A stretch of DNA of 64,000 nt, from the NCBI RefSeq assembly GCF_000142905.1, contig NW_013657669.1, positions 496,001-560,000 of the forward strand, given 5' to 3'. Both the position numbers and the translations under genes were made by a program. This stretch comes from Thecamonas trahens ATCC 50062 (taxonomy: Eukaryota; Protista; Apusomonadida). Below are positions 22,825 through 31,731 of this stretch, piece after piece. The notes under the pieces are model-generated. The model was not told the DNA's origin, made no database searches, and saw only the letters and a list, made by a program, of their open reading frames with translations. Each line of letters starts with the position of its first letter. Within the stretch, counting starts at the first letter, position 1.

Positions 22825-23853
22825 TCAGGAGGTGATGCTTGCGGGTGCTGGTCCTCCGCTGGTCGCCGGTTGGTTGCGGGACGCGAGCCATGAGCGGGCA
22901 CGGTGGAGGTCGTCAGGGGTGTCGATGGCGATGGGAGGCCAGGGAAAGAGCGTGTTGGGCGGAGTGGTGGTGACGACGTGGATGTGGAGGCCGAGATAGA
23001 GGGCGCGGAGCTGCTCGAGCATCTCGCGCTGCTCGATCCAGGGCCGCGGCGCGGCGACAAAGGCGTCAAGCGCAGGCAGAGTGTAGCCATAGATGCCGAG
23101 GTGGGCGAGAAATGGCGGCGGGGAAGGGTGCGAAGCAGTGTCGGCGTGCGGCGCGGCGGCCGGGAGCGCAGCGCGGGAAAAGTATAGCGCACGCGAGGCG
23201 TGGTCGACGACGACCGAGACCATGTCAAGATCCGGAGGCGCAATACCATCTGGCAGCTCGACGGCGGCGGTGACAATGTCGGGCGCCGAGGCGTGCGAGT
23301 GCGCGGTAGCGGCGGCGGCGGCGCGGAGCTCGGCAGCGAGGGCGTCAATGAGGTGCGGATCGACAAACGGCTCATCGCCCTGCAGGTTGACGACGCCCGC
23401 AAGCGAGCGAACCGACGGATGGCGCGAGGCATGGAGCTGGCGTAGGGCGTGATGGACTCGATCCGAGCCCGTGGGCAAGTCAGCCGGGGTGAGGACAGCA
23501 TGCGCGCCAGCAGCGTCGGCCGCGGCCGCGATGTCGGGCGAGTCGGTTGCCACAATGACGTCGTCGAGCTCACCGGCGTCCATGGCCGCCGAGACAACCG
23601 CATCGATGACCGTCCATTTTGTCTCCAGATCAGGCGTCAAATTCGCCAACGGCTTGTTTGGAAGCCGGGTTGAGCCGGCGCGCGCGGGAATGACCGCTAC
23701 CACTCGAAGAGCTGCCGCCAGAGCCGACGAAGCTGACGACTCGGTTTCGTGCAAGGGTGCGTGCGAGGTTGCGCGCGAGACGGTGGCGGTGGTGAACGCC
23801 CGCGCGAGGCTCCGCATCACCGCAGCGGTGTACACGCTCGCGCTTATGTTCAT
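22825..23853 (-). CDS. kdsB: 3-deoxy-D-manno-octulosonate cytidylyltransferase (CMP-Kdo synthetase) with N-terminal targeting-like extension
   Basis: VIPARAGSTRLPNKPL, TGSDR, VNLQGDEP, ALYFSRAALP, HLGIYGY, EQREMLEQLRAL, IDTPDDL. Start at ATG 23853 or 23817. Confidence 0.92.
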   Translation of the reverse strand: MNISASVYTAAVMRSLARAFTTATVSRATSHAPLHETESSASSALAAALRVVAVIPARAGSTRLPNKPLANLTPDLETKWTVIDAVVSAAMDAGELDDVIVATDSPDIAAAADAAGAHAVLTPADLPTGSDRVHHALRQLHASRHPSVRSLAGVVNLQGDEPFVDPHLIDALAAELRAAAAATAHSHASAPDIVTAAVELPDGIAPPDLDMVSVVVDHASRALYFSRAALPAAAPHADTASHPSPPPFLAHLGIYGYTLPALDAFVAAPRPWIEQREMLEQLRALYLGLHIHVVTTTPPNTLFPWPPIAIDTPDDLHRARSWLASRNQPATSGGPAPASITS

Positions 23854-24204
23854 GCTTGCGTGGAAGGCTATGGCAGGGAGGGGGTTGGGTGGGGTTGGGT
23901 GGGGGTGGGTGAGGTGCGGCGAGTGGCCGACACACATCCGACGTGGTGGTTCGCGCGGCGAGCAGGCAAGAGGTGCGCACGCGGAAGTGAGTGGGGGAGG
24001 AGGGGGGAAGGGGAGGGGGGATCGATAGTTCATTGCGAGCAGGTGCGACAGGCGACAGGCGCAGGCAGGCGAGGGGCAACAAACGAGGGCGGTCCGAGCA
24101 GATACGCATTCGTCAGCTCGAGCAGCACCGGGAGGGAGACGGGGGGACAGAGAGCGGGGCATAGGTTGTGGAGTGGTAGGGTGATGGGGTGGTTGGAAGG
24201 GTGG

Positions 24205-24954
24205 TTACAGGTTGAGGTCGTCGTCGGGAAGCATGATGGCGCAGAACTCCGACTCGGAGATCATGCCGTCCTGGTCGCGATCAAACTCATCGATCATGGC
24301 CTGCAGCTCCTCGTCGGTCATGTGCTCGCCGAGCTCCTTGGCAATGCGGCGCATGTTCTTGAGCGAGATAAAGCCGGTCTGGTCCTCGTCAAAGAGGCGG
24401 AAGGCCTTGCGGATCTCGTCCAGCGGATCGCGCTCAGAGATCTTGACAGCCATGACGCCCTTGAACTCGGAAAAGTCGATGGTCCCGGCCTCGTCTTTGT
24501 CCAGGTCCTGCAGAATGCGGAGAACCTCCTCCTTGCGCACATCAAAGCCGAGTGCCCGCATAGCGACCTTGAGCTCGTGGTAGTCGATGCGCCCGTCCTT
24601 GTCCGTGTCGAACAGCTCAAAGGCCTCCTTCACCTCCTGCAGCTGTTCGTCATTGAGCTCCGGCCGTCGCCGCCGTGCCTTGCGCGGAGAGAAGCCAAAG
24701 TCAGATCGAAGAGACACTACATCATACTCAGATGTGAGAGGGACAGGGGGGACAGAGGGGACAGAGGGGACAGAGGGGGAGGGGGGAAGGAGGAGGGGCG
24801 GCTCTGCTGCAGGTCGTTTTTTGGCGCGCACTGGCAGTCGTTGGGGGGGGAGAGGATAGAACAGCGGGGCAAGAGGGGGTACGGTGGGGGGTGGGGTGGG
24901 GAGAGGGTGGTTAAGGTTGGGGCGGTGGTACGGGGAGTGGGGGTGGTGCGTACT
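24205..24954 (-). CDS. CETN3: Centrin-3/Cdc31-type centrin; exons 24954 (A) and 24716-24205
   Basis: [37 protein letters not shown]...ERDP.DEI.KAF.LFD...[27 protein letters not shown]. The [17 protein letters not shown] motif is diagnostic of centrin-3. Confidence 0.92.
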   Translation of the reverse strand, partial: STHHPHSPYHRPNLNHPLPTPPPTVPPLAPLFYPLPPQRLPVRAKKRPAAEPPLLLPPSPSVPSVPSVPPVPLTSEYDVVSLRSDFGFSPRKARRRRPELNDEQLQEVKEAFELFDTDKDGRIDYHELKVAMRALGFDVRKEEVLRILQDLDKDEAGTIDFSEFKGVMAVKISERDPLDEIRKAFRLFDEDQTGFISLKNMRRIAKELGEHMTDEELQAMIDEFDRDQDGMISESEFCAIMLPDDDLNL

Positions 24955-25229
24955 ATGTAGAGAGGTGGGTGGGTGGTAAAGGTGGAGAGGAGGAGGGTGA
25001 CGGTGGAGTGTGGAAGGTGACGGTGGCGCTGGCGGTGGGTTGGGCGGTGGGTCGGGCGATGGGCCGCGGCGGGGTCCAGGGTGGTCGGCCGGCTCGACGA
25101 GTGATGGCCGGCCGACAGCCACTCGGCGGAAGTCCACAGCCACAGCCACCGTCACAGCCACAGCCACAGCCAACTCGTGTTACCCACGCCGCTCTCCTTC
25201 CCCCCCCCCCTTCTTCACCGCATGCGACA

Positions 25230-26168
25230 ATGAGCCGGGCCCAGTTCTCTGACAACGAGCTGGACGAGCTGCTGGCAGGTGTTCGCGAGGGGAAGCAGCT
25301 GCATGTCGACGTGCTGTCGGCGGCGGCCGGGGCGCTGGAGGCAAAGATGATCGCTGTGGCCAACGTGGTGGACATCGCCCCACCTGTGGCGGTCGTCGGC
25401 GATGTACACGGCTCGGTTTCAGCGCTCCGCGAAGTCTTTGCGGTGGCAGGCCCGCTTCCGGATATCTCGTACGTCTTTCTCGGCGCGTACGTCAACCGCG
25501 GGCCGGCGTCGGTGGCGGTCATGGCCGAGCTCATCCTCTGTGCGCTCCGATGGCCGGCACGATGTACGCTCCTGCGGTCTGGCCATGAGACCCGGGCTGC
25601 GGCTGAGCTGTACGGCCTGCGCGACGAGTGCATGGACCTCTACGGCGACGAGGGGCCGTATGAGGCTCTGCTCGGCGTGTTTAACGTTCTGCCCATCGCC
25701 GCCACCCTCGGCTCGGTCCTCGTCCTCCACGGTGGCCTCTCGCCATCGATCGAGTCGCTGGACCAGCTCGCGGCGCTCGACCGATTTATGGAGATTCCAC
25801 CCGAGGGCGCCCTCACCGACCTCATGTGGTCGATGCCGGCGAGCCGGGAGCCGAGCGACGCCGCGTTCTCGCTCTCGCCGCGCGGGCTCGGATACACCTA
25901 CTCAGAGGCTGCGCTCGACACGTTCCTGGCGGCAAACAGCCTCACGACGGTCATCACCGGCAACTCACTTGTCCACCTCGGCTTTGCCGAGATCTTCCCC
26001 TCCAAGCTCTACACCGTCTGGTCGGTGCCCAACTACCTCGGCAGGTGTGGCAACCTTGGCGCCGTGGTCCACGTCCTTGCACCGGGCGCCTTTGTGCCCA
26101 TCGCCTTTCCGGCGCCGTCGCACCATGAGCCGTGGCCTGTCGCGCGCGACCTACACATCTTTGAGTGA
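25230..26168 (+). CDS. PPP-family (PP2A/PP4/PP6-like) Ser/Thr phosphatase homolog with degenerate active site
   Basis: PVAVVGDVHG, YVFLGAYVNRG, LLRSGHE, LHGGLSPSI, DLMWS, SPRGLGY, TVWSVPNYLGRCGNLGAV. Confidence 0.9.
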   Translation: MSRAQFSDNELDELLAGVREGKQLHVDVLSAAAGALEAKMIAVANVVDIAPPVAVVGDVHGSVSALREVFAVAGPLPDISYVFLGAYVNRGPASVAVMAELILCALRWPARCTLLRSGHETRAAAELYGLRDECMDLYGDEGPYEALLGVFNVLPIAATLGSVLVLHGGLSPSIESLDQLAALDRFMEIPPEGALTDLMWSMPASREPSDAAFSLSPRGLGYTYSEAALDTFLAANSLTTVITGNSLVHLGFAEIFPSKLYTVWSVPNYLGRCGNLGAVVHVLAPGAFVPIAFPAPSHHEPWPVARDLHIFE

Positions 26169-26224
26169 GCCCTTCACGGCACAGAGTGGCCGCGCCCTCG
26201 TTTACACGACCGTATCCTGGCCGG

Positions 26225-27019
26225 CTACAACTCGCCAATCCGCTCGCCGTCCTCTGTAAAGTGGTTCTGGTACCATGCCGCTGTGTAGCGCGCCTGCGAG
26301 GCGCCGAGCGCATCTTCAAAGCCTGCCACAAACTTGGTGCAGCCCGCGATGCGGCCACGGGTCGGTGCCGGCGGGCGCGGTGCGTCGTCGATGTGGTCAT
26401 CGCCGTCGGGCAGGCCACGAGCCCGGCGCTCGGCCTTGAGCTTCTCGATCAGTGCATGCCGCTCGGCACGCTCACGCGCCCGCTTCGCCGCCACCGCCTC
26501 GCGCTTGACCTCGGCCGGGCTCTTCGCCTGCGTCGCCGAGTGCGAGTGGTCAAACTGCCAGCGGGCGTACTCGGCCGTGGCGATGGATACCGTGTCGCGA
26601 AGGCCCGGTTTGAACCCGGTGTAGCCCTCCACCCGGCCCTCTAGATGCCGCAGGACCCGCAGCCGCGCGGCCTCGGCAGCCTCGTCACTTGTAGCCGTCT
26701 CGCCCCTGCCTTTGACCTTGCCCAGCGGGCCAAAGTGCATCTGCTCCAGATTGGTGTACGGCCGGACGGCAAGCTCGGTGGCCCTCGACGCCCGTGCAGC
26801 ATTGGCATACGCCACGGTCGCCGTGTTCACCCCCTCTTCAGCAGGATCAGCAAGATCCAACGCAGCGTGGACGGGATGCCGATACAGCGCCGTCGCCGTC
26901 ATCAGCTGCGCCTCGTGCTCGGCCTCGGACAGCGTGGCGTATGGCCGGTATGCAGTCGATGTATCGTCGCCATTGCCCCCAGCCTCCTCAACAACTCCCT
27001 CCCCAAGTGTCAGCGGCAT
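26225..27019 (-). CDS. Hypothetical protein with GYTGFxPG-type motif (FAM166/ciliary microtubule inner protein-like)
   Basis: VEGYTGFKPG plus a degenerate second copy IAGCTKFVAG. Clean 264-aa ORF. Confidence 0.55.
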   Translation of the reverse strand: MPLTLGEGVVEEAGGNGDDTSTAYRPYATLSEAEHEAQLMTATALYRHPVHAALDLADPAEEGVNTATVAYANAARASRATELAVRPYTNLEQMHFGPLGKVKGRGETATSDEAAEAARLRVLRHLEGRVEGYTGFKPGLRDTVSIATAEYARWQFDHSHSATQAKSPAEVKREAVAAKRARERAERHALIEKLKAERRARGLPDGDDHIDDAPRPPAPTRGRIAGCTKFVAGFEDALGASQARYTAAWYQNHFTEDGERIGEL

Positions 27020-28340
27020 GCCTCTCTACACAACTGGGTGGCACACACAGAGTGAGTGCGGTGTGCTGGCGTGTCCGCGGTGGCTAACGGCCGCTGGCCG
27101 ATAGCCCGACCAACCGCCACTCCGCGAGCCTCATCGTCAACCAGCCAGCCAGCCCAATCGCCAGTCAGTATGTCAGCACGACTGAATGACGCTCAGCTAA
27201 AATGGGTGTCCTTTCCTGTGCGCGATCGCTGTTTCGGTGTGTGGATCGCCGGAAACATCGTGGCCGGGACGGCTCCGTCTGCTCCCTCCCGCAGCTACTC
27301 CCTCCCGCAGCTACGAAATCGAGCTGCTCGGACTCGTGTCGCCCGTCCTACAGCAAGCTACACAAGCGATCGAGTCACATTGTCTTCTTGCGACTCTTAC
27401 TTTCGGGCGATGATGGTGCAGCGTGGAAAGGTCGCCCTGTGTTTACTATGTCACCGCATCTGCATGGACGATTTGTGCACGCTTGATCACCGAACATGCA
27501 GCTCAGTTGCGGATCAGTTCCGACCAGGGGCGATGGCTTGTTTAGAGCTGCCAAATCCATGCCATCACGCGTAAAGATAAACTAATGGGGTGCAGACTGG
27601 ATACTAGCTGGAATCAGGCTCGTGAATGAGCGCATCGAGCGCGCATAGCAGTGTCGGAGAGCGGACGCGATCGATCGCGATCGCGACCCTTTGTCGAGCA
27701 TCTTGTTCGAGCCCGCATGCGCTAGTGGCTTTGATCGCGACTCTGTGCAGCTCGCCTCTGCTGCCTACATGCTTTACCACTCGTTCCCACTGTTTAATAT
27801 CCCCCTATCAGGTCCATGGCTGCGACGATGGATCCGACGATGGATCCTTCGAGCTGGGACGATAACATCTCGAGTGATTAGTCGATGTAAGCAAGGCACG
27901 CGCGTGCGCACGCGTGCAGTTCTTTTGGCAGCCTCCTGCCAGCACCTACTCTGGGCACTACTGTACCCACCCACCGCCAATCACTGCCTTACCTCCACCT
28001 CTACTCCAGTAGTACACCTTGTACTATCCTGTACCCAAGAAGCGACCTTCTGCATCCCCCGATATCGCCATCCCCCGCCTCTACACGACCCAGCCGTCGT
28101 TGACCTCCCCCTCCTCCCCTCCCCCTTCCCCCTCCGCCCCTCCCCCCTTTCGCGCTCCTCCCTTCCATCACCTCCCATCCCCTACACCATCCCCCCCCCC
28201 CCCCCTCCCCCCCTCCCCCCCTCCTCATACCCGCAACTCCTCCCAACCTCGAGATCAAGCCCATCCCCCACCCCCCCTAGCACTTGCAACGATCCAGCCA
28301 CACCCCTCCACCTTGTCACGCAGACACCTCTCCCATTCCC

Positions 28341-30170
28341 ATGCTCACACTCCCTAAAGCGAGCAAGAGGCCACAGGGATGGGCAAGTGGTGACGAGTCG
28401 TACGAGTACGAGTCGGACAATGTCGGTGGAGGTGGTAGCTCAAACTCGGCTTCGGCTTCGGCTTCGGCTTCGGCTTCGGCCTCGTCTTGGTCAAACGTCT
28501 CGGCTCCAGTCTCTCGGCCAGATGATGGTGGTGGTGGTGGTGGCTCTGCTGGCCCGGGTACTCTGGTCAGAGCGGAAACATCATCAACATTGATCAATGA
28601 GTGGCAGCAGAGCAGCCAGCCGTCATCGTCACAGCCGATGGCCCGTGCTGGCGCGCGGAGTGTGGCTCGGCGGAGGATGGCCAAGGCCAAGGGAAAGGAG
28701 GCCCGATCCATTTCATCCGAGTTGGATGCAGACTCGTTGGACGACGAGCTCGAACGTCGTAAGGCGTTCAATCTGGCGAGATTTGAATCGCTGATGGGCG
28801 AGAGGAGAAGGAGGGACTCGGGCACGTGGATTCTCGACTCGGACTCGGATTGGGGCTCGTCGTTTGGGGACGACGAGGACGAGGCTGCCGAGCTTGAGGC
28901 CGAGATGATGCGAAGGCTGGAGCCTGGCGGTGCGGCGTCGCCGAGCATGCTTGCAACCTCGCCGGCCGCCTTTGCGCTCCGCCGCAACCGTCGCGGCTCG
29001 GTCGACTCGCTCTCGGGCTGGCTCGATGGCCCGGGCGATGAGAAGACCGTCCTGCTGGGCGATGTTGGGCCCGGGCCGGCAGCGGCGGTGGCAGCGGAAT
29101 CTGCGGAGCAGGGCATGGGCGGCAAGGCCAGCGAGACCAGCGACAGCGGAAGCTCCAAGGGCAAGGGCAAGGGCAAGGGCAAGGGCAAGGGCAAGGGCAA
29201 GGGCAAGAAGAAGCGCAAGAGCGGTATGTTCCGCGGTATGCGCAAGTCGCGGTCGCAGGCGATGAACCCGGCGGCGATTCGGGCCATGATGGAAGCCGAG
29301 GCTATGGACCCGCTGTCGGGCCTCGAGTCGGACGACCAGCCGCCGCGGTACGAGGACATCGGGGAGTCGGGCGTCGACGGCAGTGCCGGAGCGTCGGACG
29401 GGCGGCGCGGGCTGTCAAAGGCTGTCTCGTCGCGGAATGTGCTCGCGGGTGCGGGTAAGGGCGGACTTGGGGCGGCACTCCCGCCGCATCTGCGCCCACG
29501 GATGCGGAGCCGGCGCAAGTCGATTGTGCCCGCCTTTGCCTGGGTCCCGTGTAAGGAGCTTCTGGCATCGGGCGTCGAGCGCGACGTGGAGATTGAGTTT
29601 GACGAGATCTCGGTCATGGTGTACTCGCGCGACCCCAATTTTGTGGAGGCGCGCCGGCTTTTGCAGATGCACAAGTACCGACAGATCACGTGCTTCCTCA
29701 TCAACGAGTCCAAGAAGCAGTTTATGTATCTCGTCCGCAAAAAGTCTGGCCGCGAGACCATGTACACCTATGTCACTGCCCAGGCCAAACGGCTGCACAC
29801 CCAGGCCATGGCCAAGGTCGAGGAGATTGCAGGCATCATCCTTGCGGCGCGCAAGGCCAAGAAGAAGAAGGCCAAGGCCAAGGCCAAGGCTGAGCGCGTT
29901 GCTGCGCGGGCCGCCGCCGCCGCTCGGGCCGCGGCTTCGCGGCCCGAGCCGATCCGGCCGAAGGGAGGCGTGCCTCCGTCGCCGAGCGGGCGGCGCCGCA
30001 AGCGCCGCTCGCACAAGCACCGCTCGCCCAAGCGCTCGGTCTCATCGGGCGGGACGCCAACGCCGATGCCCGAGCTCGGCGTGACGCCCAAGCTCCAGCC
30101 GCCGCCGTCGCCGAGTGGGCGGCGGGTCAAGGTTAAGAAGCGCAAGCGGAAGGCCAAGAACCAGAGCTGA
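28341..30170 (+). CDS. Low-complexity protein with a C-terminal PH/PTB-like domain and basic tail
   Basis: Ser/Gly/Lys low-complexity N-terminus. Compact beta-rich segment ERDVEIEFDEISVMVY...HKYRQITCF...KQFMYLV...YTYVTAQAKRLHTQAM ends in a helix, as in the PH superfold. Confidence 0.6.
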   Translation: MLTLPKASKRPQGWASGDESYEYESDNVGGGGSSNSASASASASASASSWSNVSAPVSRPDDGGGGGGSAGPGTLVRAETSSTLINEWQQSSQPSSSQPMARAGARSVARRRMAKAKGKEARSISSELDADSLDDELERRKAFNLARFESLMGERRRRDSGTWILDSDSDWGSSFGDDEDEAAELEAEMMRRLEPGGAASPSMLATSPAAFALRRNRRGSVDSLSGWLDGPGDEKTVLLGDVGPGPAAAVAAESAEQGMGGKASETSDSGSSKGKGKGKGKGKGKGKGKKKRKSGMFRGMRKSRSQAMNPAAIRAMMEAEAMDPLSGLESDDQPPRYEDIGESGVDGSAGASDGRRGLSKAVSSRNVLAGAGKGGLGAALPPHLRPRMRSRRKSIVPAFAWVPCKELLASGVERDVEIEFDEISVMVYSRDPNFVEARRLLQMHKYRQITCFLINESKKQFMYLVRKKSGRETMYTYVTAQAKRLHTQAMAKVEEIAGIILAARKAKKKKAKAKAKAERVAARAAAAARAAASRPEPIRPKGGVPPSPSGRRRKRRSHKHRSPKRSVSSGGTPTPMPELGVTPKLQPPPSPSGRRVKVKKRKRKAKNQS

Positions 30171-30188
30171 GGCTGAGGGGAAGACGTG

Positions 30189-31351
30189 CTAGCAGAGCGT
30201 GCGCGCCGGGCCGCGTGCCGGTGCCGGGCGATAAAAGCGGAAGGTGTGCGAGGCGCTATCGACGCCGATGTACTCGACAGGCTCGCCCGAGGCACCGGGT
30301 GCGGCACGCGGGACGACCGCGTGGGCGGCGACCGCGGCCGGGTCAGGCTTGCCAAACTTGACGTCGGGCGCCTCGTAGTACTGCATCATGAGGCGCGATG
30401 ACCACCGCTGCTGCCGCATGCCGACCGGCGGCGTCGGCGCCCAGCCGGTCGGGGTGTGTGGCGGCTGGGTGTAGCCGACCTCGTTGACCGGGTCGTCGTA
30501 CTCGTACGCAGCTCGCCGTGGGACGGGACCGGGCGAGGCCGAGACACCCGAGTAGCCTGGCGAGATGACTCGGAGCTCGTCACCGACCGGTATGGTCTCG
30601 TCGAGCTCGCCCAGCGTCCGTCCAGAGGCGGTCGAGAGCGGGCGCAGCGTGTCGTGCGAGCTCGCGCGGGCACCGCGGTGTGGCGATACCGCCACACCGC
30701 TGTAATCGTGCGGTTGGTAGCCGGGCGACCCGGTGTAGCGGGTGAACGACGAGGTTCCAGGAGTCGAGCGCGCGGAACGTGGCGTCGGGCGTGGCCGTGC
30801 GCGCCCGGCCTGCGCTGTCGCTGGGCGGCGGCGGCGCGGCTGCACCTCTAGCGGAGTCTTCAGCCGCGACTCGAGCGCCTGCCACGCCTGCCGTGACTCC
30901 TCCGACGTCACCCGTAGCCGGCGCGCAGGCGCAGTCGCCGGCCGGCGCGCCGACCATCGTGACGGCCGGCTTGTCGCCGCCGTCTGTGGGCGGCTGATGG
31001 CCGTAGCCACCGGCTCTTCCTCGGGAGCCGGGTGCACACTCGAGCTGCGCAGCGGGCGGCTGTAGTTGCTGCGTGCGGACGCCGGGTCGTACACCTTTGC
31101 CCTGTGCCCATCCGTTGAGTGAGTATGGAGTGCGTGTGTGATGGGTGTGATGAGGGTGATGGGTGTGATGAGGGTGATGGGCGTGATGGGTGTGGCGATG
31201 ACGATGATGATGATGATGCCTACCACCACCACCACCACCATACCTCCTCCCCCCCCCCCTCCCTCTTCCCCTCCCCTTCCACTTACTCCTGATACGGGGT
31301 CAGCCGTGGCTCCGCCAGCCGACCTGTCGAGGTGGGGCTGGGAATGCTCAT
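30189..31351 (-). CDS. Hypothetical Pro/Arg/Ser-rich protein; probable exons 31351-31287 and 31101-30189
   Basis: GTAAGT (31286) to CACAG (31102) splicing gives MSIPSPTSTGRLAEPRLTPYQE|AKVYDP. Recurring RPxTA motifs. The intron contains simple repeats. Confidence 0.5.
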
Positions 31352-31731
31352 AGCCGCAGACCTTCCCTTCTCTGCCTCTCTGCCTCTCTACCTCTAGCTG
31401 CAATCTATGTAGTTGGACCAGGTACTCCCTTCCAGGACACGACTTGTGCTGCTGTGCGTGAGGTGTGTCTGTGGCCGTGTCTCTCGCCATGGTTGAAGTT
31501 GTGCGGGAAAGTGGGGAAAGGGGGGGGGGGGGGGGAGGGGGAAGGTCCCTGGTCTGCTGACCTGCGTGTCCGTCCTTGGAAGACTGCTGCTGGCATGGGA
31601 CATGACATGACATGACATGGCACATGATCGTGAGATGAAGGGAATCAATGATGGTCCATTATCGGCGTGGCAATCATGATGGATACCTGTAGCTGCATGT
31701 GGGTATGTGTGTTGCCTGATGTTCATTCACA

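Noticed and set aside
17739-23853. Bacterial contaminant or operon (panB/panE, kdsB)
   Set aside because: These genes are interleaved with intron-containing eukaryotic genes, share host codon usage and have targeting-like N-terminal extensions.
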